A stretch of DNA of 64,000 nt. It comes from Bordetella parapertussis. Lineage in GTDB: Bacteria; Pseudomonadota; Gammaproteobacteria; Burkholderiales; Burkholderiaceae_C. The stretch lies in contig CAMCES010000002.1 in NCBI GenBank assembly GCA_945873925.1, positions 13,700 to 77,699 of the forward strand, written 5' to 3'. The stretch's first letter is position 1, and each line of letters begins with the position of its first letter. Positions 44,722 through 55,424 of the stretch are shown here, in pieces. Made by a program: the position numbers and the translations under genes. The notes below the pieces were generated by a model. The model was not told where the DNA came from. It did not search any database and saw only the letters and a program-made list of their open reading frames with translations.

Positions 44722-45981
44722 ATGGCTATCGTAGAAGTCAAAGTACCGCAACTCTCTGAATCGGTGGCAGAAGCCACTTTGTTGCAGTGGAAGAAAAAAG
44801 TCGGTCAGGCTGTGGCGGTCGACGAGATCTTGATCGACGTCGAAACCGACAAAGTGGTGCTCGAAGTCCCCGCGCCATCGGCTGGCATCTTGATTGACAT
44901 CGTCGCTGCCGACGGCGCCACCGTCATGGCCGAGCAACTGATCGCTCGCATTGACACCACGGCCACTGCCTCTGCGGCAGGTCCTGTGACTGCCGCAAAA
45001 GCCGCAGCCCCTGCGGCTGCACCTGCTGCCACCCCCACCGCTGCGGCCCCCGCCAACACCAGCCATGCCGGTGTGGCCATGCCCGCTGCCGCCAAGCTGA
45101 TGGCTGACAACCAGCTGGCGGCAGGTTCGGTGCCAGGCACTGGCAAGGACGGGCGCGTTACCAAGGGCGATGTATTGGCTGCTGTGCAAGGCGGCGTGAC
45201 ATCTACAGCCGCGGTGATCCCCACCGGCGTGCCCACCAAAGCCTTGCCCCAAGTGGCTGCCCCCAGCGTGGATTTGGGCGAGCGTCCCGAGCAGCGCGTG
45301 CCCATGACCCGTTTGCGCGCCCGTGTGGCCGAGCGTTTGCTGCAATCGCAATCGACCAACGCCATTCTGACCACCTTCAATGAAATCAACATGGCCCCAG
45401 TCATGGAGATGCGCAAGCGCATGCAAGAGCGGTTCGAGAAAGAACACGGCGTCAAGCTAGGCTTCATGAGCTTCTTTGTGAAAGCAGCAGTGCATGCCCT
45501 GAAGAAATTCCCCGTGTTGAACGCCTCGGTCGATGGCAACGACATCGTCTACCACGGCTACTTCGATATCGGTATCGCGGTGGGTTCTCCCCGTGGCTTG
45601 GTGGTGCCTATTTTGCGCAACGCCGACCAAATAAGCTTTGCTGACATCGAAAAGAAGATCGCCGAATTCGGCGTCAAGGCGCGTGACGGCAAACTGGGTA
45701 TCGAAGAGATGACCGGTGGTACTTTCTCCATCTCTAACGGCGGCACCTTCGGCTCGATGATGTCGACCCCCATCATCAACCCACCTCAGTCGGCCATTTT
45801 GGGTGTGCACGCCACCAAAGACCGCGCCATGGTGGAAAACGGCCAAGTGGTGGTGCGACCCATGAACTATTTCGCGATGTCCTACGACCACCGCATCATT
45901 GACGGCCGCGAAGCTGTCTTGGGCCTGGTCGCCATGAAAGAAGCGTTGGAAGACCCAGCCCGTCTGTTGTTCGACATTTGA
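44722..45981 (+). CDS. sucB: dihydrolipoamide succinyltransferase (OGDH E2)
   Basis: It has a lipoyl domain ([15 protein letters not shown]), an Ala/Pro linker, a subunit-binding domain and the catalytic motif [14 protein letters not shown]. Confidence 0.95.
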   Translation: MAIVEVKVPQLSESVAEATLLQWKKKVGQAVAVDEILIDVETDKVVLEVPAPSAGILIDIVAADGATVMAEQLIARIDTTATASAAGPVTAAKAAAPAAAPAATPTAAAPANTSHAGVAMPAAAKLMADNQLAAGSVPGTGKDGRVTKGDVLAAVQGGVTSTAAVIPTGVPTKALPQVAAPSVDLGERPEQRVPMTRLRARVAERLLQSQSTNAILTTFNEINMAPVMEMRKRMQERFEKEHGVKLGFMSFFVKAAVHALKKFPVLNASVDGNDIVYHGYFDIGIAVGSPRGLVVPILRNADQISFADIEKKIAEFGVKARDGKLGIEEMTGGTFSISNGGTFGSMMSTPIINPPQSAILGVHATKDRAMVENGQVVVRPMNYFAMSYDHRIIDGREAVLGLVAMKEALEDPARLLFDI

Positions 45982-46038
45982 TGACATGCATTGCAAGGTC
46001 TTCTCGGTGAGGACCTGGCTTTTGAAAGAGACATTTCC

Positions 46039-47466
46039 ATGAGCAAACCATTCGACGTCGTCGTCATCGGCGCTGGCCCCGGCGGTTACATCGCAGCCAT
46101 CCGCGCTGCCCAGTTAGGCTTTCAAGTTGCTTGCATCGACGAGTGGCAAAACGCTGCGGGTGGCCCAGCACCCGGCGGCACCTGCACTAACGTGGGTTGC
46201 ATCCCCTCCAAGGCCTTGCTGCAGTCCAGCGAGCACTTTGACCATGCCAATCATCACTTTGAAGAACATGGCATCAGCGCCACCGGTGTGCAGATGGATA
46301 TCAGCAAAATGCTCGCCCGCAAGGACACCGTGGTCAAGCAAAACAACGACGGCATCTTGTACCTGCTCAAGAAAAACAAGGTCAGCTTCTTCCACGGCCG
46401 TGGCAGTTTTACCAGCAAGTCGGATGCGGGTTTTGAGGTCAAGGTCAGTGGTAAATCGGATGAATCTTTGGTGGCCAAGCAAGTCATCATCGCCACCGGC
46501 TCCAGCGCCCGCGCCTTGCCCGGCACACCCTTTGACGAAGTCAACGTGTTGTCCAACGACGGTGCGTTGCGCATCGGCAGCGTTCCGAAAAAACTGGTCT
46601 TGATCGGCTCTGGCGTGATTGGCTTGGAGATGGGTTCGGTCTGGCGTCGTCTCGGCGCTGAAGTCACCATCTTGGAGGGCCTGCCCACGTTCTTGGGTGC
46701 GGTCGATGAGCAAATCGCCAAAGAGGCCAAGAAGGCTTTTGACAAGCAAGGTTTGAAGATCGAGCTTGGTGTGAAAGTCGGCGAGATCGTCAACGGTAAA
46801 AAAGGCGTCACGGTCAACTACAGCAATGCCAAGGGCGAGGCCATCAAGCTCGATGCGGACAAGCTGGTCATCTCCATCGGGCGCGTGCCCAACACCACCG
46901 GCTTGAACGCAGAAGCGGTTGGCTTGCATCTCGATGAGCGAGGCGCGATCGTGGTTGACGACGAATGCAAAACCAACTTACCCGGCGTGTGGGCGGTGGG
47001 TGACGTGGTGCGTGGTCCGATGCTGGCGCACAAGGCAGAGGAAGAAGGTGTGGCGGTGGCTGAGCGCATCGCCGGTCAACACGGTCATGTCAACTTCAAC
47101 ACCACCCCTTGGGTCATCTACACCAGCCCCGAAATCGCTTGGGTCGGCCGCACCGAGCAGCAGCTCAAGGCGGATGGCGTGACTTACAAGGCAGGCAGTT
47201 TTCCGTTTTTGGCCAATGGCCGCGCCCGCGCTTTGGGTGACACCACCGGCATGGTGAAAATGCTGGCCGACGCCGTGACAGACGAAATCCTGGGCGTGCA
47301 CATCGTCGGCCCTCAAGCCTCCGAGCTGATTGCCGAGGCTGTCGTGGCCATGGAATTCAAAGCCTCCTCGGAAGACATCGCGCGTATTTGCCATGCGCAC
47401 CCATCGTTGAGCGAGGCCACCAAAGAAGCCGCCTTGTCAGTCGACAAGCGTGCCTTGAACTTTTAG
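46039..47466 (+). CDS. lpd: dihydrolipoyl dehydrogenase (OGDH E3)
   Basis: The start is trimmed to the ATG at 46039 (MSKPFDVVVIGAGPGGY). The redox centre is [13 protein letters not shown] and the C-terminus has HAHPSLSE. Confidence 0.95.
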   Translation: MSKPFDVVVIGAGPGGYIAAIRAAQLGFQVACIDEWQNAAGGPAPGGTCTNVGCIPSKALLQSSEHFDHANHHFEEHGISATGVQMDISKMLARKDTVVKQNNDGILYLLKKNKVSFFHGRGSFTSKSDAGFEVKVSGKSDESLVAKQVIIATGSSARALPGTPFDEVNVLSNDGALRIGSVPKKLVLIGSGVIGLEMGSVWRRLGAEVTILEGLPTFLGAVDEQIAKEAKKAFDKQGLKIELGVKVGEIVNGKKGVTVNYSNAKGEAIKLDADKLVISIGRVPNTTGLNAEAVGLHLDERGAIVVDDECKTNLPGVWAVGDVVRGPMLAHKAEEEGVAVAERIAGQHGHVNFNTTPWVIYTSPEIAWVGRTEQQLKADGVTYKAGSFPFLANGRARALGDTTGMVKMLADAVTDEILGVHIVGPQASELIAEAVVAMEFKASSEDIARICHAHPSLSEATKEAALSVDKRALNF

Positions 47467-47491
47467 GCGACCTAAGCGCCTATCACCCTGC

Positions 47492-47517
47492 GCCTGCTGG
47501 CCACAGCAGGCTTTTTT
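47492..47517 (+). terminator. rho-independent terminator after sucA-sucB-lpd
   Basis: GCCTGCTG-GCCA-CAGCAGGC is followed by TTTTTT. It lies 26 nt after the lpd stop. Confidence 0.85.
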
Positions 47518-47590
47518 CATCGAACCTCGCAGTGGTTTTAGTAAGCGTTGCTCAACACTGCAAGCTTTGTCCAAGGCACAATAGGCCCTC

Positions 47591-48688
47591 ATGTCCGTTG
47601 CAGCCTACTACCAGCAAGAACTCCAAGCCCGTGGCTTTCAAAGTGACCCAGCGCAACTGCGAGCGGTTGATGCGTTGTCGCAATGTGCGGTTGAGTGGGT
47701 GGCTTACAAGCACAAGCGCGCCAACGCGATCAAAAAACTCATCAACCACCCTGACGTCCCCAAAGGCGTTTATTTGTATGGCGGGGTAGGGCGCGGTAAA
47801 AGCTTCTTGATGGACTGCTTTTTCAACGCTGTACCGATACAACGCAAAACCCGCCTGCATTTTCATGAATTCATGCGTGAATTGCACCGCGAATTGAGGG
47901 AGCTACAAGGAACCGCCAACCCCCTGCAAGCCCTGGGCCTGCGCATGGCCAACCGTTTCAAGTTGATTTGTTTTGATGAATTCCATATCGCTGACATCAC
48001 CGACGCCATGATCCTGCACCGCTTGCTGATCGCGATGCAAGCCAACCAGATCGGCTTTGTCACCACATCCAATTTCATGCCCGCCGAGCTCTACCCTGAC
48101 GGTATGCACCGCGACCGTTTGCTGCCCGCGATCGATTTGATCCATGCCACCATGCAGGTGGTCAATGTGGACAACGGGGTCGATTACCGTGGTTTGGTGC
48201 TGGGGCAAGCCCAGTTGTACTTGAGCCCCTGCAATCAGGAAAACGATGCGGTGATGCACCAAACCTTTGACCGCTTGGCTGAAATGCCCGACCAAGACGG
48301 CTTGCTGCTGATTGAGGAGCGAAAAATATGGGCCAAGCGCCGCGCCGGTGGGGTGGTTTGGTTTGACTTCAAGGTGCTGTGCGGCGGGCCACGTTCACAA
48401 AACGACTTTTTGGAAATCGCTAGCCAATTTCACACCGTGTTTTTGAGTGGCGTGCCCAAGATGGAGGTGCGCATGTCCTCGGAGGCGCGTCGGTTCACCT
48501 GGCTGATCGATGTGCTGTATGACCGGCGGGTCAAGCTCATCATCGAGGCAGATGTAGATCCAGAGCAACTCTACACCGAAGGGCCCATGTCCCATGAATT
48601 TCCCCGCACCGCTTCTCGCCTGCGTGAAATGCAGTCGGCTGCTTTTTTGGCACTGGGGCGGCGTGTGGTGGATACTTCGCTGACATGA
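47591..48688 (+). CDS. zapE: cell division protein ZapE (AFG1-like ATPase)
   Basis: It has Walker A (YGGVGRGKSFLMD) and Walker B (LICFDEFHIADI), with overall AFG1/ZapE architecture. Confidence 0.85.
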   Translation: MSVAAYYQQELQARGFQSDPAQLRAVDALSQCAVEWVAYKHKRANAIKKLINHPDVPKGVYLYGGVGRGKSFLMDCFFNAVPIQRKTRLHFHEFMRELHRELRELQGTANPLQALGLRMANRFKLICFDEFHIADITDAMILHRLLIAMQANQIGFVTTSNFMPAELYPDGMHRDRLLPAIDLIHATMQVVNVDNGVDYRGLVLGQAQLYLSPCNQENDAVMHQTFDRLAEMPDQDGLLLIEERKIWAKRRAGGVVWFDFKVLCGGPRSQNDFLEIASQFHTVFLSGVPKMEVRMSSEARRFTWLIDVLYDRRVKLIIEADVDPEQLYTEGPMSHEFPRTASRLREMQSAAFLALGRRVVDTSLT

Positions 48689-49341
48689 AAAAAACCATTG
48701 TTCTTTGCGGCTTGATCGGTTTGGTTTCTGCGTTTGCGCAGTCGCCAGACCCTGCAACCGATTGGTCGACTTACTTGCGCCAAGAGCGCGATCGCTTGTC
48801 TTTGGAGCGAAGCCAAGCAGGCAATACCTATACCGAAGCCTTGAAGCGCTGCTACCAAGAAATCGCGGTCAATGCCTGCAAACAGCGTGCACAGGACATC
48901 AAGAACCTAACAGACAACCAGATCCGTCGCCAAGAAATCCAACTCAACCAGCGCGAGCGTGAAAAGCAAAGTCAAGATGCCCAGGCGCGATTGAAAGACA
49001 AGCAAAGCCAAGAAACCCAAGACAAGGAAGCAGAGCGCCGGGGCAAGACCCAACAAGCGCATGCAGACGCGCTCAAGCGAAACCTGGACAAAAACAACGA
49101 ATACCAAGACAAACAATCCCAGGCTGAGGAAAACCTGCGTCAGCGCCAGCAGCATGTGGAAGAGGTGCTGAAGCGCCAGCAATCGCATGCGGACAAAGCC
49201 GCCGCGTCCGAGAAAGCCCGAGCCGACTACCAGCGCAAACTCCAAGAAGCCCAAGCGCACCGCGAGCAGGTCTTGAAAGACCGTGCCAAACGCAACGCCG
49301 ATGTCGCGCCGCTGCCTCCTCCGCCTGCCAAATTGCCATGA
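48685..49341 (+). CDS. secreted, highly charged Gln/Lys/Arg/Glu-rich coiled-coil protein (function unknown)
   Basis: A signal peptide (MKKTIVLCGLIGLVSAFAQS) is followed by ~180 aa of charged heptad-like sequence, ending in PLPPPPAKLP. The ATG overlaps the zapE stop as ATGA. Confidence 0.55.
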   Translation: MKKTIVLCGLIGLVSAFAQSPDPATDWSTYLRQERDRLSLERSQAGNTYTEALKRCYQEIAVNACKQRAQDIKNLTDNQIRRQEIQLNQREREKQSQDAQARLKDKQSQETQDKEAERRGKTQQAHADALKRNLDKNNEYQDKQSQAEENLRQRQQHVEEVLKRQQSHADKAAASEKARADYQRKLQEAQAHREQVLKDRAKRNADVAPLPPPPAKLP

Positions 49342-49353
49342 ACAGGTGTTGCC

Positions 49354-51372
49354 TTGTCTGATGCACTGGCCAACCAGGTGCTGGAGGTGTTCACCGCAGA
49401 GGGACCGTTGGCCCGCGCCAGCGCTTTTTTCAAGCCCCGTGCGGGCCAAACCGAGATGGCGTTGGCGGTTGCCAACACGATTGAGCTGGGTGGCTCATTG
49501 GTGGTTGAGGCGGGCACTGGCGTGGGCAAAACCTTTGCCTACTTGGTGCCTGCGCTGCTCAGTGGCGAGCGCGTGCTGGTGTCAACCGCCACCAAGACCT
49601 TGCAAGACCAACTGTTTGCCCGCGACATACCTGAGTTGCTAGAGGCGCTGGGGTTGCCACTGCGATTGGCCATGCTCAAGGGGCGGGGCAGTTACCTGTG
49701 TCAGCATCGCCTGGACTTGGCACAACAAGCCACCAGTTTGCCGGACAAACATGCCTTCAAAACCCTGGCCCAGGTGCACACTTGGGGTCTGACCACCCGC
49801 ACCGGCGATCTGGCTGAGATGCCCACCCTGGACGACCGTTCACCCTTGATTCCCTTGATCACCTCCAACCGCGACAACTGCTTGGGCTCGACCTGTCCGC
49901 ATTGGCGTGATTGCCATGTCAATGCCGCTCGCCGCGAAGCCATGGCGGCCGATGTGGTGGTCATCAACCACCATTTGTTTTTTGCCGACATGGCGGTGCG
50001 CGAATCGGGTATGGCTGAACTCTTGCCGACGGTACGTGTGGTGATTTTTGACGAAGCGCATCAACTCAATGAAACAGGCATTCAGTTCTTAGGCAAGCAA
50101 TTGGGAAGCGGACAACTGCTGGACCTGGCCCGTGACGTCTTGGTCGCAGGCTTGCAACTCGCCAAAGGCTTGTTCGACTGGCAAGCTGTGGTGGCGGATA
50201 TGGAGCGCAGCCTGCGTGAATGGCGACTGATCGTTGGCAAACACCCAGCCAATGCCAAACTCAAGTGGAGCGACCCGGAACCACAGGGTGTGAACCCTTT
50301 GGAATGGGCACAGGCTTTGCACGATGTCAGCGAAAGCGTCATGCGCTTGCAAGTTGCGGTGGAAACCGTAGCGGATGCCGCCCCTGATTTCCAGCGTTTG
50401 CATGAGCGATTGGGTGAGGTTCAGTCACTCATCAGCCATTTCGAGCATGCCTGCGCCCCTGGCTCAGTCAGGTGGCTGGAAGTCGGCGGTCAAATCCGCT
50501 GCTTTGAGGCGCCCCTGGATATTGCCGAGGTGGTGCAATCGAAGTTGTTGGATGCAAAACTGGACGGGTCGGCTGGTCCCAACAGTCCTTCGCCACTGCC
50601 ACGCAGCTGGGTTTTCACCTCTGCCACCTTGGGGGATGACGACAGGCTTTCTTGGTTCACCGAACCCTGTGGTTTGAACCAGGCCCAGGTGTTGCGGGTT
50701 CACAGCCCCTTTGACTATGAAAACCAAGCCTGGCTGTATGTGCCCAGACTGATGGTGCCGCCCAAGGACCCGGGCCACACTGCCGAGGTCGGCGCTTTGT
50801 CTATCCAAGTCGTGCAAGCGCTGGGCGGACGAACCCTGATATTGACCACCACGGTGCGTGCTTTGCGCGCGATTGGGTTGCAGTTGCAGGCGGCTTTTGG
50901 GGAAGGCGGCCCGATCGAGGTGTTGGTCCAAGGTGAAAGTCCCAAGCGCCAATTGATGCAGCGGTTTCGCCAAGGCACAGAGCCTGGCAACAGGGGTTGC
51001 GTGTTGGTGGCCACCGCGAGTTTTTGGGAAGGCTTTGACGCGCCTGGCGAAGCACTGCAAGCCGTGGTGATCGACAAACTGCCTTTTCCGCCTCCCAATG
51101 ACCCCTTGGTCGAGGCGCGCAGTCAGCGGCTCGAGGGGCAAGGACGCAGTTCGTTCAATGACTATTTCCTACCCGAAGCAGCCGTGTCCTTGAAGCAAGG
51201 AGCAGGGCGCTTGATTCGACGTGAGACCGACCGTGGTGCCTTGGTGGTGTGTGACAACCGCTTGGTCAACACAGGCTATGGTCGTCGTTTGTTGGCAGGC
51301 CTGCCTCCCATGAAACGGGTGGAGCAGTTACCAGAATTGTTGATTGCGCTCTCAGGTATTGGACAGAGTTAA
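49354..51372 (+). CDS. ATP-dependent DNA helicase, DinG/YoaA (XPD-like Fe-S) family
   Basis: It has a TTG start. Walker A is EAGTGVGKT, the Fe-S Cys cluster is CQHR...NCLGSTCPHWRDC, the DEAH box is FDEAHQL, and the helicase C-terminal motif is QGAGRLIRR. Confidence 0.85.
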   Translation: MSDALANQVLEVFTAEGPLARASAFFKPRAGQTEMALAVANTIELGGSLVVEAGTGVGKTFAYLVPALLSGERVLVSTATKTLQDQLFARDIPELLEALGLPLRLAMLKGRGSYLCQHRLDLAQQATSLPDKHAFKTLAQVHTWGLTTRTGDLAEMPTLDDRSPLIPLITSNRDNCLGSTCPHWRDCHVNAARREAMAADVVVINHHLFFADMAVRESGMAELLPTVRVVIFDEAHQLNETGIQFLGKQLGSGQLLDLARDVLVAGLQLAKGLFDWQAVVADMERSLREWRLIVGKHPANAKLKWSDPEPQGVNPLEWAQALHDVSESVMRLQVAVETVADAAPDFQRLHERLGEVQSLISHFEHACAPGSVRWLEVGGQIRCFEAPLDIAEVVQSKLLDAKLDGSAGPNSPSPLPRSWVFTSATLGDDDRLSWFTEPCGLNQAQVLRVHSPFDYENQAWLYVPRLMVPPKDPGHTAEVGALSIQVVQALGGRTLILTTTVRALRAIGLQLQAAFGEGGPIEVLVQGESPKRQLMQRFRQGTEPGNRGCVLVATASFWEGFDAPGEALQAVVIDKLPFPPPNDPLVEARSQRLEGQGRSSFNDYFLPEAAVSLKQGAGRLIRRETDRGALVVCDNRLVNTGYGRRLLAGLPPMKRVEQLPELLIALSGIGQS

Positions 51373-51382
51373 CACACCACTG

Positions 51383-52177
51383 TCACCAAAACTGATACCA
51401 ATTTTTATCGGCTTTGTCGGGCGCCGCTTGGGGGAAATACTTGCTGTTCGGGTATGACAATTTGAGCACCCGCAAGGTGTCTTCTTTGAGATCTTTCAAA
51501 CCCAAGGCTTCGTAGGATTCCACCAAAATGATCAAAGCATCTTCAACGGCAGCGATGTTTTGGTACTCGTTCAAGGTGGTTTGTGCACGGTTGATGGCCG
51601 CGACATAGGCGCCTTTTTTGAAATAGTAGCGCGCGACTTTGATCTCGGACTTGGCCAGCAGGTTGATGATGTGGCGCATCCGCAAGGAAGCATCCTCGGC
51701 GTATTTGGATGTTGGAAAGCGGGTCACCAGTTCTTTGTAAGCTTCAAACGACTCACGGGCCGCCATTTGGTCTCGCTCGGCCAAATCTTGCTTGAACCAT
51801 TTGGACATCAGGCCCAAATCATCATTGAAATTGATCGTGCCTTTGAGGTAGATCGCATAGTCCAAGGCGGGGCTGGCGGGGTTGAGTTTCATGAACCTGT
51901 CCAGGGTCACAATCGCCGCCACGCGGTCACCGTTTTTGTACTGTGCGTAGGCCTTGTCGATTTGGGCTTGCTGGGCCAATGGGGTGCCAGCGGCTCGGCC
52001 TTCGAGTTTGTCCAACAGGCCGATGGCCTTGTCATACAGGTTGCCGCTCATGTTGCTCTTGGCCTCAGCGTAGATTTCCTCGGGCTTCATGCTGGCAGTG
52101 GGATCCTTGGGGTCGTTGGCACAAGCGGCCAACAGGCCCAACATCGACAAGGCAGATAATGAAAGTAGTCTCAGCAC
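51383..52177 (-). CDS. bamD: outer membrane protein assembly factor BamD
   Basis: It has a lipobox (LGLLAAC) and a TPR-like body (YAEAKSNMSGNLYDKAIGLLDKLEGR...). It is divergent from rluD, as in many proteobacteria. Confidence 0.9.
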   Translation of the reverse strand: MLRLLSLSALSMLGLLAACANDPKDPTASMKPEEIYAEAKSNMSGNLYDKAIGLLDKLEGRAAGTPLAQQAQIDKAYAQYKNGDRVAAIVTLDRFMKLNPASPALDYAIYLKGTINFNDDLGLMSKWFKQDLAERDQMAARESFEAYKELVTRFPTSKYAEDASLRMRHIINLLAKSEIKVARYYFKKGAYVAAINRAQTTLNEYQNIAAVEDALIILVESYEALGLKDLKEDTLRVLKLSYPNSKYFPQAAPDKADKNWYQFW

Positions 52178-52217
52178 ATTGAACCCTCAGTCAAAGCAAC
52201 TCCAGCGATTATCAACG

Positions 52218-53234
52218 ATGCCCATGTCCCCGAACGACATACCCATCCCGTCAGCACTGTCAGCGTTGGAAACCGAGGAGTTGGACAACGAGCTTGAGCG
52301 CCGGGAGGTGGAAATACCGGCCGACTTGCACCGCAACCGGCTCGACCGTGCTTTGGTTCGGTTGATACCCGAGTTTTCGCGCAACTACCTCAAACAACTG
52401 ATTGAAGATGGCTTTGTTTTTCCAGCCAACAGCACAACCCCGGTCAGGAAGGTAGCGCATTTGGTCAAGGCTGCGGAGTGTTACCAAGTTCAACTGCAAC
52501 CTACCGACATGTCGCAGGCGTATTTGCCGCAGGAAATGACACTCGACACGGTGTTTGAGGATGTTTTTTTGCGCGTGATTCACAAGCCCGTGGGTTTGGT
52601 GGTTCACCCCGCACCTGGCAACTGGAGCGGCACTTTGCTCAATGGTTTGCTGGCCTTGGACAGCGGCTTGAAGCAAGTGCCGCGGGCAGGCATCGTGCAC
52701 CGATTGGACAAGGACACCAGCGGGTTGCTGGTCACGGCACGCACCCGCGCGTGCATGGACGCCTTGGTCGACTTGATTGGCCAGCGCGAGGTGCACCGCG
52801 AATACATCGCAATATCACCCAGGCCTTGGCGAGGGGCCCCAGAGCGTGAGGTGGAAATGCCCATCGGGCGCGACCCGCGCAACCGCTTGCGCATGGCGGT
52901 GGTCGATCTTGCCCACCAAGCAGGCAAAAACGCCCACACCAGCTTGCGATGCATGGCCACGAACGAACAGGGCAGTGTGGTTCACTGCAGCTTGCATACT
53001 GGGCGCACCCACCAAATCCGTGTCCACATGGCGGCCATCGGCATGCCCTTGCTTGGGGACGTTTTGTATGGTGGCACCAGCACGCCTGGGATGCAAAGAC
53101 AAGCGTTGCACGCGTTTCGATTGGGGTTTGTGCATCCATTCACCGGGCAAGTTCTGCAATTTGAAAGTGCGCTTCCCACCGACATGCAGTCGGCCTTGGC
53201 CGACATGGGACTGCGGCCCCCTCGACTAGAATGA
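52218..53234 (+). CDS. rluD: 23S rRNA pseudouridine synthase, RluD type
   Basis: The start is trimmed to the ATG at 52218. An S4 domain (RLDRALVRL) and the catalytic motif [12 protein letters not shown] are present, plus GRTHQIRVH. Confidence 0.9.
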   Translation: MPMSPNDIPIPSALSALETEELDNELERREVEIPADLHRNRLDRALVRLIPEFSRNYLKQLIEDGFVFPANSTTPVRKVAHLVKAAECYQVQLQPTDMSQAYLPQEMTLDTVFEDVFLRVIHKPVGLVVHPAPGNWSGTLLNGLLALDSGLKQVPRAGIVHRLDKDTSGLLVTARTRACMDALVDLIGQREVHREYIAISPRPWRGAPEREVEMPIGRDPRNRLRMAVVDLAHQAGKNAHTSLRCMATNEQGSVVHCSLHTGRTHQIRVHMAAIGMPLLGDVLYGGTSTPGMQRQALHAFRLGFVHPFTGQVLQFESALPTDMQSALADMGLRPPRLE

Positions 53235-53262
53235 ATACCCCCTATTCCCCGGACCACACACG

Positions 53263-53892
53263 ATGAACAGCTTGGAAGCCAAGCGCGTCTTAGAGACGGC
53301 TTTGTTATGCGCCACCCAGCCATTGCAGGTGCGGGAACTGCGCCAGCTTTTCCACGACGCCTTGGGTGCCGACACCATCAAAAGTTTGCTGCAAGACTTG
53401 CAACAGGACTGGACCCCACGCGGTTTGGAGTTGGTCCAAGTGGCCAGTGGTTGGCGAATGCAAAGCCGCCCAGAAATGCGCGACTTCCTAGACCGCTTGC
53501 ATCCTGAAAAACCACCCAAATATTCGCGCGCGGCGATGGAGACCTTGGCCATCATCGCCTACCGACAGCCCGTGACCCGAGGTGACATGGAGGACATTCG
53601 GGGCGTCACAGTCAATTCCTTGGTGATCAAACAGCTGGAAGACCGTGGCTGGGTTGAGGTCATCGGTCACCGCGAGACGGTCGGTCGCCCCATGCTCTAC
53701 GCCACCACCCGTCAATTTTTAGACGACCTGGGCATTGCCTCCCTGGACCAATTGCCGGCGCTGGAATCCCAACACGCCGAGGATGGTTTTTTTGAACCAC
53801 TGACCGCAAACACAGAGCAAGTGCAAGACCCCTCCCAGCTCAGCATGGCTCTCGAAATCGATGGCCCCGACCAGCCGGGCGGCACGGCGTGA
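53263..53892 (+). CDS. scpB: segregation and condensation protein B
   Basis: [29 protein letters not shown]...[25 protein letters not shown] is the canonical ScpB winged-helix pair. Confidence 0.9.
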   Translation: MNSLEAKRVLETALLCATQPLQVRELRQLFHDALGADTIKSLLQDLQQDWTPRGLELVQVASGWRMQSRPEMRDFLDRLHPEKPPKYSRAAMETLAIIAYRQPVTRGDMEDIRGVTVNSLVIKQLEDRGWVEVIGHRETVGRPMLYATTRQFLDDLGIASLDQLPALESQHAEDGFFEPLTANTEQVQDPSQLSMALEIDGPDQPGGTA

Positions 53893-54932
53893 ACCCAAAA
53901 GGCATTCATTTCAGCGAGGTGGTCTCGGGCGCCTTTGACAGTCAACCCGAAACCCCAGAAACCTCTGAGCCAGCCAAGCGGGTGTTGAGCCCCCAACCAG
54001 AAACCCCCAAGCTCCACAAAGTCTTGGCGCAGTCCGGCTTGGGCTCTAGGCTGGAGATGGAAGCCTTGATCGACCAGGGTCGGGTCTTGGTCAATGACCA
54101 TCCCGCCCATGTGGGACAACGCATCCAATACGGGGACCATGTCAAGGTCAACGGCAAACCGCTGCACCTGCGTATCGAACCACCGCCACCACGCGTCTTG
54201 GCCTACCACAAGCCTACCGGCGAAATCGTCAGCCATGACGACCCGCAAAGCCGCCCCACCGTGTTTCGAAAATTGCCGCGTTTGCAGCACGGCAAATGGC
54301 AGTCAGTGGGTCGCTTGGACTTGAACACCGAGGGCTTGCTGCTGTTCACCAATTCAGGTGAGTTGGCCAACAAACTGATGCACCCACGGTTTGGCTTGGA
54401 GCGCGAATACGCGGTTCGGGTTCTGGGTGCGCTCAGCAACATCGAAAAAGCCAAGCTGCTCGCTGGTGTGCAACTCGACGATGGCGAGGCCCGCTTTGGC
54501 AGCCTGGAAGAGGGTGGCGGTGAGGGCGCCAACCATTGGTACCGGGTCACCATCCAAGAGGGGCGTAACCGTGAAGTCAGACGCATGTTTGAGGCGGTGG
54601 GCCACGCGGTCAGCCGTTTGATTCGTATCCGCTACGGCAAGATGCTGTTGCCGCGCGGCTTGAAGCGTGGCGATTGGATGGAATTAGATGCTTTGGATAC
54701 CGAGCTGCTCGTTCGCAGCGCGGGTTTGGGCCGTGTGTCTGCCAAAACCGCCCCTGTTCGCCCATCGGCCAGCCTGAAATCCACCTCTCCCGCTGGCAAC
54801 AAAGCCCGCACCGGTGGCGCTGCAGGCAATGGGTTCATTGGCGGCGAAAGCCTGTCGCGTCAGCGCCGCGACATCAAGGCCAATGCCGCTCGCAAAAAAG
54901 CCGCGCCTCGCAGGGCTAAAATGGGCAGTTAA
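53889..54932 (+). CDS. rluB: 23S rRNA pseudouridine synthase, RluB type
   Basis: The GTG start overlaps the scpB stop. An S4 domain ([13 protein letters not shown]) and [26 protein letters not shown] are present, with a basic C-terminal tail. Confidence 0.9.
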   Translation: MNPKGIHFSEVVSGAFDSQPETPETSEPAKRVLSPQPETPKLHKVLAQSGLGSRLEMEALIDQGRVLVNDHPAHVGQRIQYGDHVKVNGKPLHLRIEPPPPRVLAYHKPTGEIVSHDDPQSRPTVFRKLPRLQHGKWQSVGRLDLNTEGLLLFTNSGELANKLMHPRFGLEREYAVRVLGALSNIEKAKLLAGVQLDDGEARFGSLEEGGGEGANHWYRVTIQEGRNREVRRMFEAVGHAVSRLIRIRYGKMLLPRGLKRGDWMELDALDTELLVRSAGLGRVSAKTAPVRPSASLKSTSPAGNKARTGGAAGNGFIGGESLSRQRRDIKANAARKKAAPRRAKMGS

Positions 54933-54976
54933 TGGGTATGCCCACTTATTTTTGACAAACCTTTGGAAACCTTCTC

Positions 54977-55402
54977 ATGGCCATCGAACGCACCCTCTCT
55001 ATCATCAAACCTGACGCCGTCGCTAAAAACGTCATCGGTCAAATCTACGCCCGTTTTGAAGGCGCTGGTCTGAAAATCATCGCCTCTCGCATGGCCCACC
55101 TGAGCCGTGGCGAAGCCGAGGCTTTCTACGCCGTGCACAAAGCCCGTCCATTTTTCAAAGACCTGGTCGATTTCATGATCTCCGGCCCGGTCATGATCCA
55201 GGTGCTCGAAGGCGAGAACGCGATTTTGAAAAACCGCGACCTGATGGGCGCCACCGACCCCAAGAAGGCCGACAAAGGCACGATCCGCGCTGATTTCGCC
55301 GACAGCATTGATGCCAATGCGGTCCACGGCTCCGACGGCCCCGACACCGCTGCCCAAGAAATCGCTTTTTTCTTTGCCGGAATGAACGTTTACGGCCACT
55401 GA
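54977..55402 (+). CDS. ndk: nucleoside diphosphate kinase
   Basis: [15 protein letters not shown]...NAVHGSD is the canonical Ndk sequence with the active-site His. Confidence 0.97.
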   Translation: MAIERTLSIIKPDAVAKNVIGQIYARFEGAGLKIIASRMAHLSRGEAEAFYAVHKARPFFKDLVDFMISGPVMIQVLEGENAILKNRDLMGATDPKKADKGTIRADFADSIDANAVHGSDGPDTAAQEIAFFFAGMNVYGH

Positions 55403-55424
55403 AAGCGGTTCTCTCCGCATCGCC

